DNA of 64,000 nucleotides from Nitrosopumilus sp. (GTDB taxonomy: Archaea; Thermoproteota; Nitrososphaeria; Nitrososphaerales; Nitrosopumilaceae): contig OZ241981.1 of NCBI GenBank assembly GCA_965204345.1, positions 1,920,001 to 1,984,000 of the forward strand, written 5' to 3'. Positions 48,827 to 57,987 of the stretch are shown in pieces. The position numbers and the translations under genes were made by a program. How positions within the stretch are numbered: position 1 is the first letter of the stretch; every line of letters starts with the position of its first letter. The notes beneath the pieces were generated by a model that saw nothing but the letters and a program-made list of their open reading frames with translations, searched no databases and was not told the DNA's origin.

Positions 48827-49747
48827 TTATACGTGTACTTGTTTTAGAATGAAATTTGCTAATGCGTCCTCTGATAATTTATTTTTCATGGTGATTTTTG
48901 TCTCAAACACATTCATATCCAAACTATGAATTTTTTTGGTCAGCGTCTTATCTTTGGTATCCACAATGATGTTGGCACATACATCTGAATACATTTTTGC
49001 TAGTCCGTAGGCATTTGATTCTATTCCTGCTGCTTGCATGTATTTTGCGGCAGGTCCGCTAATTGCATTATCCCCTATTAGCGGACTAATTGCTACTACC
49101 TTCTTTTTCATTTTTGATAATTCTTTCCTAATTCCTTTAATCTGAAGCATCGGGCCTATTGACGTTAATGGATTGCCTGGTGCTAAAATCACCATATCTG
49201 AATCATGAATTGCATTTACAGCTTCTGGATTTGGACGCGCCTTGTCTGCTCCGATATATTGTATTCCCTCGACTGGATCCTTTCCTCTGTGTTTGACCCA
49301 ATATTCTTGCAAATGTAATTCTCCTTTATCTGTGGTTATTCTTGTTTCAATACTGTTGTCTGTAACTGGAATGATATTGGCACTAACTGCAAACTTTTCA
49401 CACATCCATTTTGTTATGTCACTGAGGTTCTTTCCGTTTTTTAGCATGTTGGTCCTAATCAAATGTGTTGCAGCGTCTCTGTCTCCGACTCTGAACCATG
49501 TCTCTTCTCCGAAAACTTCCATTTGACGTAAAAAGTTGAATGTATCTTTTTTCATTCCCCATCCTCTTTCTTGATCAAGTAAATCTGCCAATCCATAAAT
49601 TATGGTATCAATATCTGGACACACATATAGTCCGTAAAGCCAATAATTGTCTCCTACATTGCTAATTACATTAACTTTGGATTCTTGTGACACTAGTCCT
49701 CTGACTAGTTTTACTGAACCTGTTCCTCCTGCTAATACTGTAATCAT
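48827..49747 (-). CDS. cofD: 2-phospho-L-lactate transferase
   Basis: LAGGTG, NVGD, PDIDT, GDRD, GNPLTSIGP, SGPA. Confidence 0.95.
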   Translation of the reverse strand: MITVLAGGTGSVKLVRGLVSQESKVNVISNVGDNYWLYGLYVCPDIDTIIYGLADLLDQERGWGMKKDTFNFLRQMEVFGEETWFRVGDRDAATHLIRTNMLKNGKNLSDITKWMCEKFAVSANIIPVTDNSIETRITTDKGELHLQEYWVKHRGKDPVEGIQYIGADKARPNPEAVNAIHDSDMVILAPGNPLTSIGPMLQIKGIRKELSKMKKKVVAISPLIGDNAISGPAAKYMQAAGIESNAYGLAKMYSDVCANIIVDTKDKTLTKKIHSLDMNVFETKITMKNKLSEDALANFILKQVHV

Positions 49748-49862
49748 ACCATATACCTCTAAAACTGAAAATACTAATTCTGTTACTCCATATTACTTTT
49801 TCAAAACCTCTCGATCTTAGCATTTAGGATAAGTTTATTACCGTATTTCATGGATTTTACTC

Positions 49863-51227
49863 GTGTCTAGGGCTGTAATTATGACTGTTTTACTTGCAAC
49901 TCTTATCGTTGTTAGCACTAGTGCTCCTGCTTGGGCTGCCCAATTAGATGCAACAATTAATCCTAATAATGAATTATCTCCATTTAAGATGACTTATCAA
50001 AAAACCGTCTTTATTGAATATCCAAATGGCGGTAATCTCTTTGATGATCTTCAAGGTAAAGAATGGAGAGTATCTGGTACTGCTGATTCTACCAATCCTG
50101 GTGTTCAAAGTCTTATAGAAGAACTAAATCGTGGAATTGTAAATGATGGCAGTCAAGCACAAATTACTGACTTGGATGTGTCTTATGATTTTAAGCTTAA
50201 AGCAAGAAACATTAACACTTCTATTGATTATAATGTTGTTTTAGAAGGATCTCTAAGTGATTATGTAATCACTCAGGATTCTCAAAGAACTTTGGTTGAC
50301 TTGGGATGGAGGGGTCTCTCAACCGATAATGAGATTGTGATAGATGATGTCGAAATTAACATTCCAATTAATATATTACGGGACCAAGAGCCTGAAGTTT
50401 ATGCTTATTTTGTAGGTACAGAAGCAGAAGACGTACTTGGAAGACATCTCATTGATGCTGATTTTATTTTAGAGCAACCACTGACCAATTGGCATTTTTT
50501 GTTTGATCCAACTGGAATCAGTGTGGATGCTGGAACTTATGGTTTAGATGACGAAATAGCTGGATTTGTTCTATCTGAGTGGACCATGGGTGAGAGTAGT
50601 ATTAGAGAACAACGTCAAGTTCCAAAAGTCTTTGAAGCTGAAATTGTTTCTGATCAAACCTACACTGTAACAAGTATTCAATCATCTGACTCTGCAACCT
50701 TGACTGCTGTTGGATTTGGTGCTTTAGATATGTTAGATGGAATTGAAATTATTGGTATAACCCCGACTCCTCCTGAGGATTTTATGACTACTTCAACTGG
50801 TGATTTCCCTGTACTGATTATTTATGGAATGGCTGGAATTGCAGCTGTTGCAGGTATCGCATTTTTCTTCATTAGCAGCAGATCACTCAAAAATACCTCT
50901 CAGGGACAACAAGGAATTGATCCTACTAGACTTGTAGGCTATGAAACTAGCGATTCATCTGGAGGCTATAAAACCAACAGAGGTGAGGCCCAATTAAAAA
51001 ATGATTCTGACTATCAACAAACACGAAGTCATTATGATACGACGCAAAGTCCACCACCACCGCCACAAACAACTCCTTCTGATAGGGAAGACGCAGCATG
51101 TGGGTGTGCGGCTTCTGCTGAAATGGGCTCTGAATGTGATTGTGCTATGCAAGGTGCATGTCTTTGTGATGGAACTTGCCAATGCAATGCGGATATCTGT
51201 AAAGAACAAGTTTCTTCAATGAGATAA
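49863..51227 (+). CDS. Membrane-anchored secreted protein with a Cys-rich C-terminal tail
   Basis: Signal peptide, TM LIIYGMAGIAAVAGIAFFFI, tail CGC..CDC..CLC..CQC..C. Confidence 0.8.
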   Translation: MSRAVIMTVLLATLIVVSTSAPAWAAQLDATINPNNELSPFKMTYQKTVFIEYPNGGNLFDDLQGKEWRVSGTADSTNPGVQSLIEELNRGIVNDGSQAQITDLDVSYDFKLKARNINTSIDYNVVLEGSLSDYVITQDSQRTLVDLGWRGLSTDNEIVIDDVEINIPINILRDQEPEVYAYFVGTEAEDVLGRHLIDADFILEQPLTNWHFLFDPTGISVDAGTYGLDDEIAGFVLSEWTMGESSIREQRQVPKVFEAEIVSDQTYTVTSIQSSDSATLTAVGFGALDMLDGIEIIGITPTPPEDFMTTSTGDFPVLIIYGMAGIAAVAGIAFFFISSRSLKNTSQGQQGIDPTRLVGYETSDSSGGYKTNRGEAQLKNDSDYQQTRSHYDTTQSPPPPPQTTPSDREDAACGCAASAEMGSECDCAMQGACLCDGTCQCNADICKEQVSSMR

Positions 51228-51772
51228 TCTTACACTTTTTATTCGTATTTTCACATTTCCACAAATGAAAACCTTCTGTTTCGTTTGATTTTTTTGTAAA
51301 TTTTACAATTTACGATAAACAAGCTTTAGACGACCAATGAGAACGCATTCATACAAAAGATCTAACAAAAGAAATTTGAGTATGGAATCTTTGCCAAGAA
51401 TGGTCATGACCTCATGGGAATCAAACCCGTACCCAAGGAGTATCAAGCCTCATGTGACCATTACACAAGGACTTACAAGGTTTTTTAATTGGATAGTGTC
51501 ATAATGATATTAAAAGTCTTGACCCTAAGACATGCTAATTACATTAGCCTGGTTTTCCTTTCTGCCAAGGCCCACAGCTCTTCAAGTGAAAAGAAAACAA
51601 AATTTTATCAAAACAAATGACTGCTTGCTTCTCAAACAATCTTGGCAGATGTTGTGTTTTCCAATATCAAATAATCATCAACATTCTCTGACTGTCTGAA
51701 ATTATTTCCGGTTTTACTGCATTGAGTCATTCCGTTATGCCGGCAGACCTTTGTTTTCAATACATGAAAAGG

Positions 51773-51820
51773 AATTCTGGTAAATTCCGATGATCAATTC
51801 GTCAAAATTTACCAAATCCA
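51773..51820 (+). repeat. Family A fragment (3' part, or a fold-back of the TIRs)
   Basis: TTCTGGTAAATTCCGATGATCAATTCGTCAAAATTTACCAAATCC. Confidence 0.65.
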
Positions 51821-51890
51821 TGCGAAATCTTGATATTTCCAGCAAGTCATCTGTTAGTCATTTTTAATAACAAGGCAATCCACACTATGT

Positions 51891-53387
51891 ATGGCTGGAA
51901 TTGTAATGTCAGGATTTTTGGTTTTGGGCACCGTGATGATGATAGTGATGGTGCCAGCATATGCTGCATCCACTGACTCACCATTGGAACAGTATCAGTC
52001 AGGCATACCAATAGGCATGATTCAGTGTAATGACGGCAAGCTTTTGATGATGACTTCTGCAGGCAAGCCCGTTTGCGTAACTAGTGATTCTGCTCTGCGA
52101 TTAGCATATAGGGACTATGCCACGGTATACCAGCCAGATATATCTCAAAAAGCCAACGCCAAAAGCGTAACAGGGTCAAACAACAATGACGAGGACACCT
52201 CGGCAGATGATGATGCCGTTACTATGGATGATGGTATCACCACAAAGATGCAGCCATCTAATTATACCCGTATTGCAGCTACGAACAATCAGTTTGCAAT
52301 TGATTTTTACAGACAGATATCAGACACTCCTGAAAATATATTCTTTTCACCTGTCAGCATGTATCTAGCATTTTCAATACTGTATGAGGGTGCCGGAGAA
52401 AACACTGCGCAAGAAATGCAGGATGTCTTTGGATTTGAACCAGACAAAGATGCACGCCACAACTCTACATCACATTTTATATCCTCAATAAACCAAGATG
52501 ATCCATACATAGAACTGAATACGGCAAACGCACTTTGGATTGTAGACTGGTTTGAACCATATGATTCCTATACCTCTGTGGCACGAGAGACATATCTTTC
52601 CACCGCAGAAAAGGTAAACTTTTTGGATGCAGATGACGGTGTAAAAAGGATAAACCAGTGGGCCTCTGATAACACAAACGGCAAGATTGAAAAAGTAATT
52701 GCTCCGGCGGATGTAAACGAATTGACTGCAATGGTAATCAACAATGCCATATACTTTAAGGGCACATGGAAAACACAGTTCCCAGAGGAGGACACCGCAG
52801 AGTCCGCCTTTTGGAAGAATAGCGAGGATTCTGTAGATGTAGATTTTATGACGGTGCTAGGCAGATTCGACTTTGGATTATTAGATAATGCTAGGATGCT
52901 AAAAATGCCATACGATGGCGACAGGCTATCGATGTTGGTAATCCTGCCAGACGATACAGACGGCCTAAAACATCTGGAGGATTCCATATCACATGAACAG
53001 ATTAGACAATGGACACAGAACTTGTATAATCAACGAGAAGTTCTAGTATCAATTCCAAAGTTCCAAATAGCTGAAAAATATATTCTTAACGAACCGCTGA
53101 TGAATCTTGGAATGCCAGATGTGTTTAGTCCAGACAATGCTAATCTTGGAGGAATTGCAGATATTTCTTCAGGTAACAACCTATACGTAACTGCTGCAAT
53201 TCAGGACACGTTTATAGACGTAAATGAAGAAGGGACAGAAGCGGCTGCTGTAACAACTATCATTTCTGCGCGAGAAAGCCTACCACCTCCACCTCCACAA
53301 TTCATTGCAGATCATCCGTTTTTGTTTATAATTCAGGATGATGAGAGCGGTACGATTCTGTTTATGGGAAAGATATCTGATCCGTAA
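51891..53387 (+). CDS. Secreted serpin with N-terminal thaumarchaeal Cys-pair module
   Basis: NIFFSPVS, INQWAS..TNGKI, NAIYFKGTW, hinge EEGTEAAA, FIADHPFLF, ILFMGK. Confidence 0.95.
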   Translation: MAGIVMSGFLVLGTVMMIVMVPAYAASTDSPLEQYQSGIPIGMIQCNDGKLLMMTSAGKPVCVTSDSALRLAYRDYATVYQPDISQKANAKSVTGSNNNDEDTSADDDAVTMDDGITTKMQPSNYTRIAATNNQFAIDFYRQISDTPENIFFSPVSMYLAFSILYEGAGENTAQEMQDVFGFEPDKDARHNSTSHFISSINQDDPYIELNTANALWIVDWFEPYDSYTSVARETYLSTAEKVNFLDADDGVKRINQWASDNTNGKIEKVIAPADVNELTAMVINNAIYFKGTWKTQFPEEDTAESAFWKNSEDSVDVDFMTVLGRFDFGLLDNARMLKMPYDGDRLSMLVILPDDTDGLKHLEDSISHEQIRQWTQNLYNQREVLVSIPKFQIAEKYILNEPLMNLGMPDVFSPDNANLGGIADISSGNNLYVTAAIQDTFIDVNEEGTEAAAVTTIISARESLPPPPPQFIADHPFLFIIQDDESGTILFMGKISDP

Positions 53388-53405
53388 ACTATAGTTGTGC
53401 ACTAC

Positions 53406-53550
53406 GGTTCTGGTACATTCTGGCGTTCCATGCCATAAATTCACAGATTTAGCTGTCTCTGAAAATACTTTGGGAATTTTTTTCTGAGTATTACCTCTTG
53501 GTAATTTTTAAGAGAATCATCTTTTGGCAATTTGCTGCTAAATTCCGATG
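53406..53550 (+). mobile_element. Family A element, 5' part, ending at TAAATTCCGATG
   Basis: GGTTCTGGTACATTCTGGCG..CATGCCATAAATTCACAGATTT..TTTAAGAGAATCATCTTTTGGCAATTT. Confidence 0.8.
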
Positions 53551-54097
53551 CTTTTCAAGAATTGTTATAAAGTTTCAGAAAAAGGTTTCAAATAACTTTC
53601 AATTTTTACTCTGATATTTTTTTTCTTTGATTTATGATTGTCATTGCATGTCCTTGCAAATGACCCTTGTCTAGCAGATATTTTTTGTGTTGTGAATACT
53701 GAATTCTTTTCCACCACAGCTGTACTTCATATTTTTTTATTAACGTCCTGTATCAATTCATGCTTGATTTTTAAAATTTGGAATGTGTGCTGGGAGTAAC
53801 CCTCCTTCTGTTTTCACGATATTTCGCTTTGCAGCCTACCTGAACCTAGTACAGGATCTTAAAGTTCTGTTTGGCTTTGCTCCATGTGGGTCGTCTGTTT
53901 CATTCCTTTTATGGAAACCTCAGGTTTTGCCATCACCGTGCGCCATATTGGATTCTTTTCTGTTCCGTTGCCAATCATCTCTGATTATCTATCTCCAGAT
54001 CACATTTCCTGTATGGAGGGAGGAGTTTCCTCTGCCGTAGCAGTGTGTCGTGCTCCAGCTCACATAATTCCTATTTCTTAATTGGATTTGAGTATTA

Positions 54098-54724
54098 CTA
54101 TGCAGGTCTTGTACCTATTATAAACAAAGTTCCAAATTCTCGTTTCCATTTTTTCTTATTTTTTAAATCTTTGATTTGTTTGGTTTTTACTTTAAATCCC
54201 GCATTCTTGAAAAATTCCATCCATTCTTTTTTTGAATGCAAGTGCATTTGTATCTTCATAATTTTTGCCCATCTAGATGTTGCTTTATTGTCTTTGTAAA
54301 AATCAGTACCACAAAAAAACTGCCCTCCATGCTTTGTCAATTTGTATATCTTATCTAATGCAACCTCTATAGAATCTGCATAATAAAGTGATTCCATTGA
54401 AAAGATAAAATCAAACTTTCTTTTACCGTCTAGTGATTCGATATCTGTATGTATGAATTCCTCTTTTTTACTTTCTACCCTTTTTTCTGATTCTTTTATC
54501 ATGTTTTTACTTTTGTCTATGCCTGTAGCTTTTTTACAATTTTCTTCTTTTGAAATTTTTCTTATGACCCATCCATTTCCACATCCTATGTCTAAGAATG
54601 TAAATTTCTTCTCAAATGATATTGTCTTTAAAAATTTTAAAACATTCTTCCCGTGCTCTATCTCCATTGATTCTGCCTTTCCGTTTTTAGCCCACCTGTC
54701 AAAAGTTTCCCTGACTTTGTCCAT
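54098..54724 (-). CDS. Class I SAM-dependent methyltransferase
   Basis: FLDIGCGNG, GIDKS, FDFIFSMESLYY. Confidence 0.9.
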   Translation of the reverse strand: MDKVRETFDRWAKNGKAESMEIEHGKNVLKFLKTISFEKKFTFLDIGCGNGWVIRKISKEENCKKATGIDKSKNMIKESEKRVESKKEEFIHTDIESLDGKRKFDFIFSMESLYYADSIEVALDKIYKLTKHGGQFFCGTDFYKDNKATSRWAKIMKIQMHLHSKKEWMEFFKNAGFKVKTKQIKDLKNKKKWKREFGTLFIIGTRPA

Positions 54725-54846
54725 TTACCTTGATTAATTCATTCTCAATATAATCTTCATCTTGCTGGTCATTGCTATGGATGAATTGCTGTGTTTCTTA
54801 TGTGCAATTTTGATGAATTATCTTCAAATAAGACTGCCTGATGATA

Positions 54847-54948
54847 CTAGTATTGCCTTTTGGGCAGTTACTATCTGGAATGGTGCATCTCATGAGAACA
54901 TCTAGCATCCTGCAATGAATGCTAGTATTGCCTTTTGGGCAGTTACTA
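54847..54948. repeat. Two identical 27-bp palindromic direct repeats, 48-bp spacer
   Basis: CTAGTATTGCCTTTTGGGCAGTTACTA at 54847 and 54922. Confidence 0.88.
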
Positions 54949-55029
54949 GGCCTGATTTGGTCCAATCTGACTATTATACATATCATAGCTGCTCAAGTTT
55001 TAAGTAATATGAGCCTCGATTTGATTCTT

Positions 55030-57987
55030 ATGAGGAAAATTCCAATAGTTTTGAGTATCTTTGTGCTACTTTTAATGCCTGTTTATGCCTCTGCTCAAAC
55101 CCCAGCTGGAATTACTATTCTTGAAAATTTTGGTGACTATAGCAATGGAGAACCGTTGTTTGTTTATGGTCAAATTGCCAATCCTGTAGATGATTCCTTT
55201 TTGATCATGCAAATTTTTAATCCTAATGAGGATCTGTGCCAAATTCAACAGCTGATACCATTAGAAAATGGCGTCTTTATCACTGATGTAATTCCCCTAA
55301 AGGGTAGGATATGTGGAACTCCTGGAGAATATGAAATAAAATTATTTTATGGTGACATGTCCAAGTCTACGACATTTAATGTTTCATCTGATTCTTTTAT
55401 AGAACCAGACACTGAACAAAAAATACTCTTGGCTCAGAATTTAATTTCTGAACAAACAGCTATCATTGAGCAAATATCTGACATTTCTTTATCTTCATCA
55501 AATCCGGTTGCAAGTGATTTAGACACTTTAGAATCTGATTATGTATCTTTGTGGGGTGAGTTTTTTGTAGATGATTTAATTTTTGAAATCGATCCTTTGA
55601 TCAGACCTGCCATAGAATCATCTTTAGATTCTGTAGAGAAAATGTTAGATGACGGTGAGATTTCTTTTGAGATTGCGCAATCCATTGATAATGTGTTATT
55701 TGCATCTGTTTTTTACTATGAAATTGGCGATAAAGCCAAAGCAATTGACCTGTTAGCTGATGCTTTTGTAGACATAAGAAATGCCAATCCAGAAAAAACA
55801 GCCACCCAAAGGATTCCTACTTTTGATGAATTAGAAGCAACGCTGCTAAATCTAATGACAAAATCTGACACCGTACTGAGCAAATCAGTTAAAAATGAAA
55901 TTGGCTTTATTTTTGCTAGAGGTACTGCTCCTGTCTATACATATGAACTTGCTGAGCTTATTGATATTTTAACTAAATCTCGTTATCTTGACGTTGTATC
56001 TAGAAAGCAAAGTGATCTTTACAACTTGGTTCAACGTGATTGGGAATCTCTAAAACTTTCTTTAATTGGCAAGGACTCCATTGAAGAGTTAATTCTCTCC
56101 ATTGAGCGTGTCTCTAAACTGCATCAGGCTGCAATTCTTTTACGTGAACTTGATAGCGTTGATAGGTTCATTTCTTCAGATTCTGAGGAAAACAGTGATC
56201 TTGCTAATCTCATTATGAATGATTGGGATGACCTAGAACGTGATTTATCTTTGGCATCTAACGTAGATGATATCCTCGAATCTGAATCAAAAATCAATCA
56301 AATGGCACAAGTTATTGATATTTCATCTAGAATTCACAAAAGTGTTGAAATTTCACAAAGCAACGGTGTTGACCCCAAGCTTGCAAGTAGTTGGAGTCTG
56401 CTTTTAGAACAAGTTGAAAATGCTAATTCTGTAGATGATGTTTTACAAATTGTGTCTGAATTTAATCAATCCATGACTGAACTTAGAGAAAAACGAAATC
56501 CATTGACTGTATTAAAACTCCAATATGACAGCATGAAAGAAACTGCAAAACTTCAGGCTGATTATGAAAATTTGGTTTTAATTGATAATGCACTACAGAT
56601 TCTAAAGACTGCTAAAGAAATGGAATCTGGCAATCCTTCCATAACTAGGATTGATCGAATTGAGGTTTTGCTAACTTGGGTTAGTGAAAAGGCCCCCTTG
56701 ATAAAAAGTGATTTAGACGCATATAATAAAGACACATACAAAGTCCGGGCAAGTGATATTTTACAGCGTGCAAAATCCCTTGAAAATTTAGCTGAACTAA
56801 GTTTAACAAAGAACAAGTTCCTGCCAAAATATGTTGAATTTGCTGAAACGTTCAATGAAAAAATTGACAATGCTAGGGATCTTGTAATTAAAAACCAGCT
56901 TAATGAAGCTGATAAACTAGTTGATGCCTTATTTGACGAATGGACTATGGTTTCAAAAGCATATACTGATGATCCATTCGGTTCTAATACCGGATATAAC
57001 CTAGATGAAATCAAGCGAATTGAATTTTATGAAAAATTAGATGGCTTTTCAAACATGGTATCTACTTTCCACAATGCCGATTTTTCTGAATATGTCGATG
57101 AATATGAACAGAAAATGAGTGACGCTAATGATTTGATCGAGATTGCCAATTTTGTGGATGCTGAATCAAAAATTTTAGAAATTGGCTCGTATCTTAGTGA
57201 ACATTTGGTATTAAATGATGAAAATATCATGTTTGACATTTCATTTGATACTGAAAAAGATATCTGGATAATCTCTGGCGCTACTGACAAATCTACTTTT
57301 GATAGACGTGAAAATCTGTATGTAACAGTATACAACATGGATGGTACCACTCATAGCAGTCTTGAATTTACTGATACCAAGCAAGGAAACTTTTTGACCC
57401 AATGGGTTGCCCCTACTGATTCTGGATTGTACGTTGTAATGCTACAGTACAAAGATTCACAGGCTACACAAATTGTAAATGTTGAAGAAAAATTTGACTA
57501 TGAATATACTGCATCTGATTTAGACATGGTTGATTTGGCACGCGAATTTGGTGAATTAGAATCATTTGCTGAAAATTTCGGCGGTAATTCCTTTTATGAT
57601 AATCCACGATTTTCTTCTGTGATTAATGAAATCAAACTTGCATTTGGTAACAAAGATGAGAAACGCATAGATGATAACCTGGAAGAACTAAAAACGTTAA
57701 TTGAGCGCTATCTGCCTGTTCGTTCTCGTTCTGCTGTAGTTGAGGTTGCCTATGACAATGATAAATTAGTTGTATCCGGCGCAGTCGAAAAAGCTGTGAC
57801 GTTTAGGGAAGATTTGTTTGTTGATGTATATGATCAAAGAGGTGAATTGGTTGAGGCGATTGCTCTTAAGGACAATCCATCTGGTCTATTTACTGAAGTT
57901 GTTCCACGCTCACTTGATTCAGGCATTTATGTTGCACAATTACAATATCATGACATGTTGGTAACTGATTTCTTTAATGTAAACTAG
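55030..57987 (+). CDS. Large secreted acidic helical hypothetical protein
   Basis: Signal peptide MRKIPIVLSIFVLLLMPVYASA; ~985-aa open frame; start moved downstream from 54919. Confidence 0.85.
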   Translation: MRKIPIVLSIFVLLLMPVYASAQTPAGITILENFGDYSNGEPLFVYGQIANPVDDSFLIMQIFNPNEDLCQIQQLIPLENGVFITDVIPLKGRICGTPGEYEIKLFYGDMSKSTTFNVSSDSFIEPDTEQKILLAQNLISEQTAIIEQISDISLSSSNPVASDLDTLESDYVSLWGEFFVDDLIFEIDPLIRPAIESSLDSVEKMLDDGEISFEIAQSIDNVLFASVFYYEIGDKAKAIDLLADAFVDIRNANPEKTATQRIPTFDELEATLLNLMTKSDTVLSKSVKNEIGFIFARGTAPVYTYELAELIDILTKSRYLDVVSRKQSDLYNLVQRDWESLKLSLIGKDSIEELILSIERVSKLHQAAILLRELDSVDRFISSDSEENSDLANLIMNDWDDLERDLSLASNVDDILESESKINQMAQVIDISSRIHKSVEISQSNGVDPKLASSWSLLLEQVENANSVDDVLQIVSEFNQSMTELREKRNPLTVLKLQYDSMKETAKLQADYENLVLIDNALQILKTAKEMESGNPSITRIDRIEVLLTWVSEKAPLIKSDLDAYNKDTYKVRASDILQRAKSLENLAELSLTKNKFLPKYVEFAETFNEKIDNARDLVIKNQLNEADKLVDALFDEWTMVSKAYTDDPFGSNTGYNLDEIKRIEFYEKLDGFSNMVSTFHNADFSEYVDEYEQKMSDANDLIEIANFVDAESKILEIGSYLSEHLVLNDENIMFDISFDTEKDIWIISGATDKSTFDRRENLYVTVYNMDGTTHSSLEFTDTKQGNFLTQWVAPTDSGLYVVMLQYKDSQATQIVNVEEKFDYEYTASDLDMVDLAREFGELESFAENFGGNSFYDNPRFSSVINEIKLAFGNKDEKRIDDNLEELKTLIERYLPVRSRSAVVEVAYDNDKLVVSGAVEKAVTFREDLFVDVYDQRGELVEAIALKDNPSGLFTEVVPRSLDSGIYVAQLQYHDMLVTDFFNVN

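Noticed and set aside
51405-51440. tRNA T-arm-like GGGTTTGATTCCC on the - strand (possible att remnant)
   Set aside because: No cloverleaf and no match to the tRNA-Pro in this window; too short
53600-54090. Short ORFs downstream of the serpin, and at 59711-60080
   Set aside because: Frames are interrupted by stops and have no motifs; possibly decayed genes, but not supportable
54838-54880. Hammerhead ribozyme (CTGATGA followed by a hairpin)
   Set aside because: No GAAA after the stem and no stems I/III
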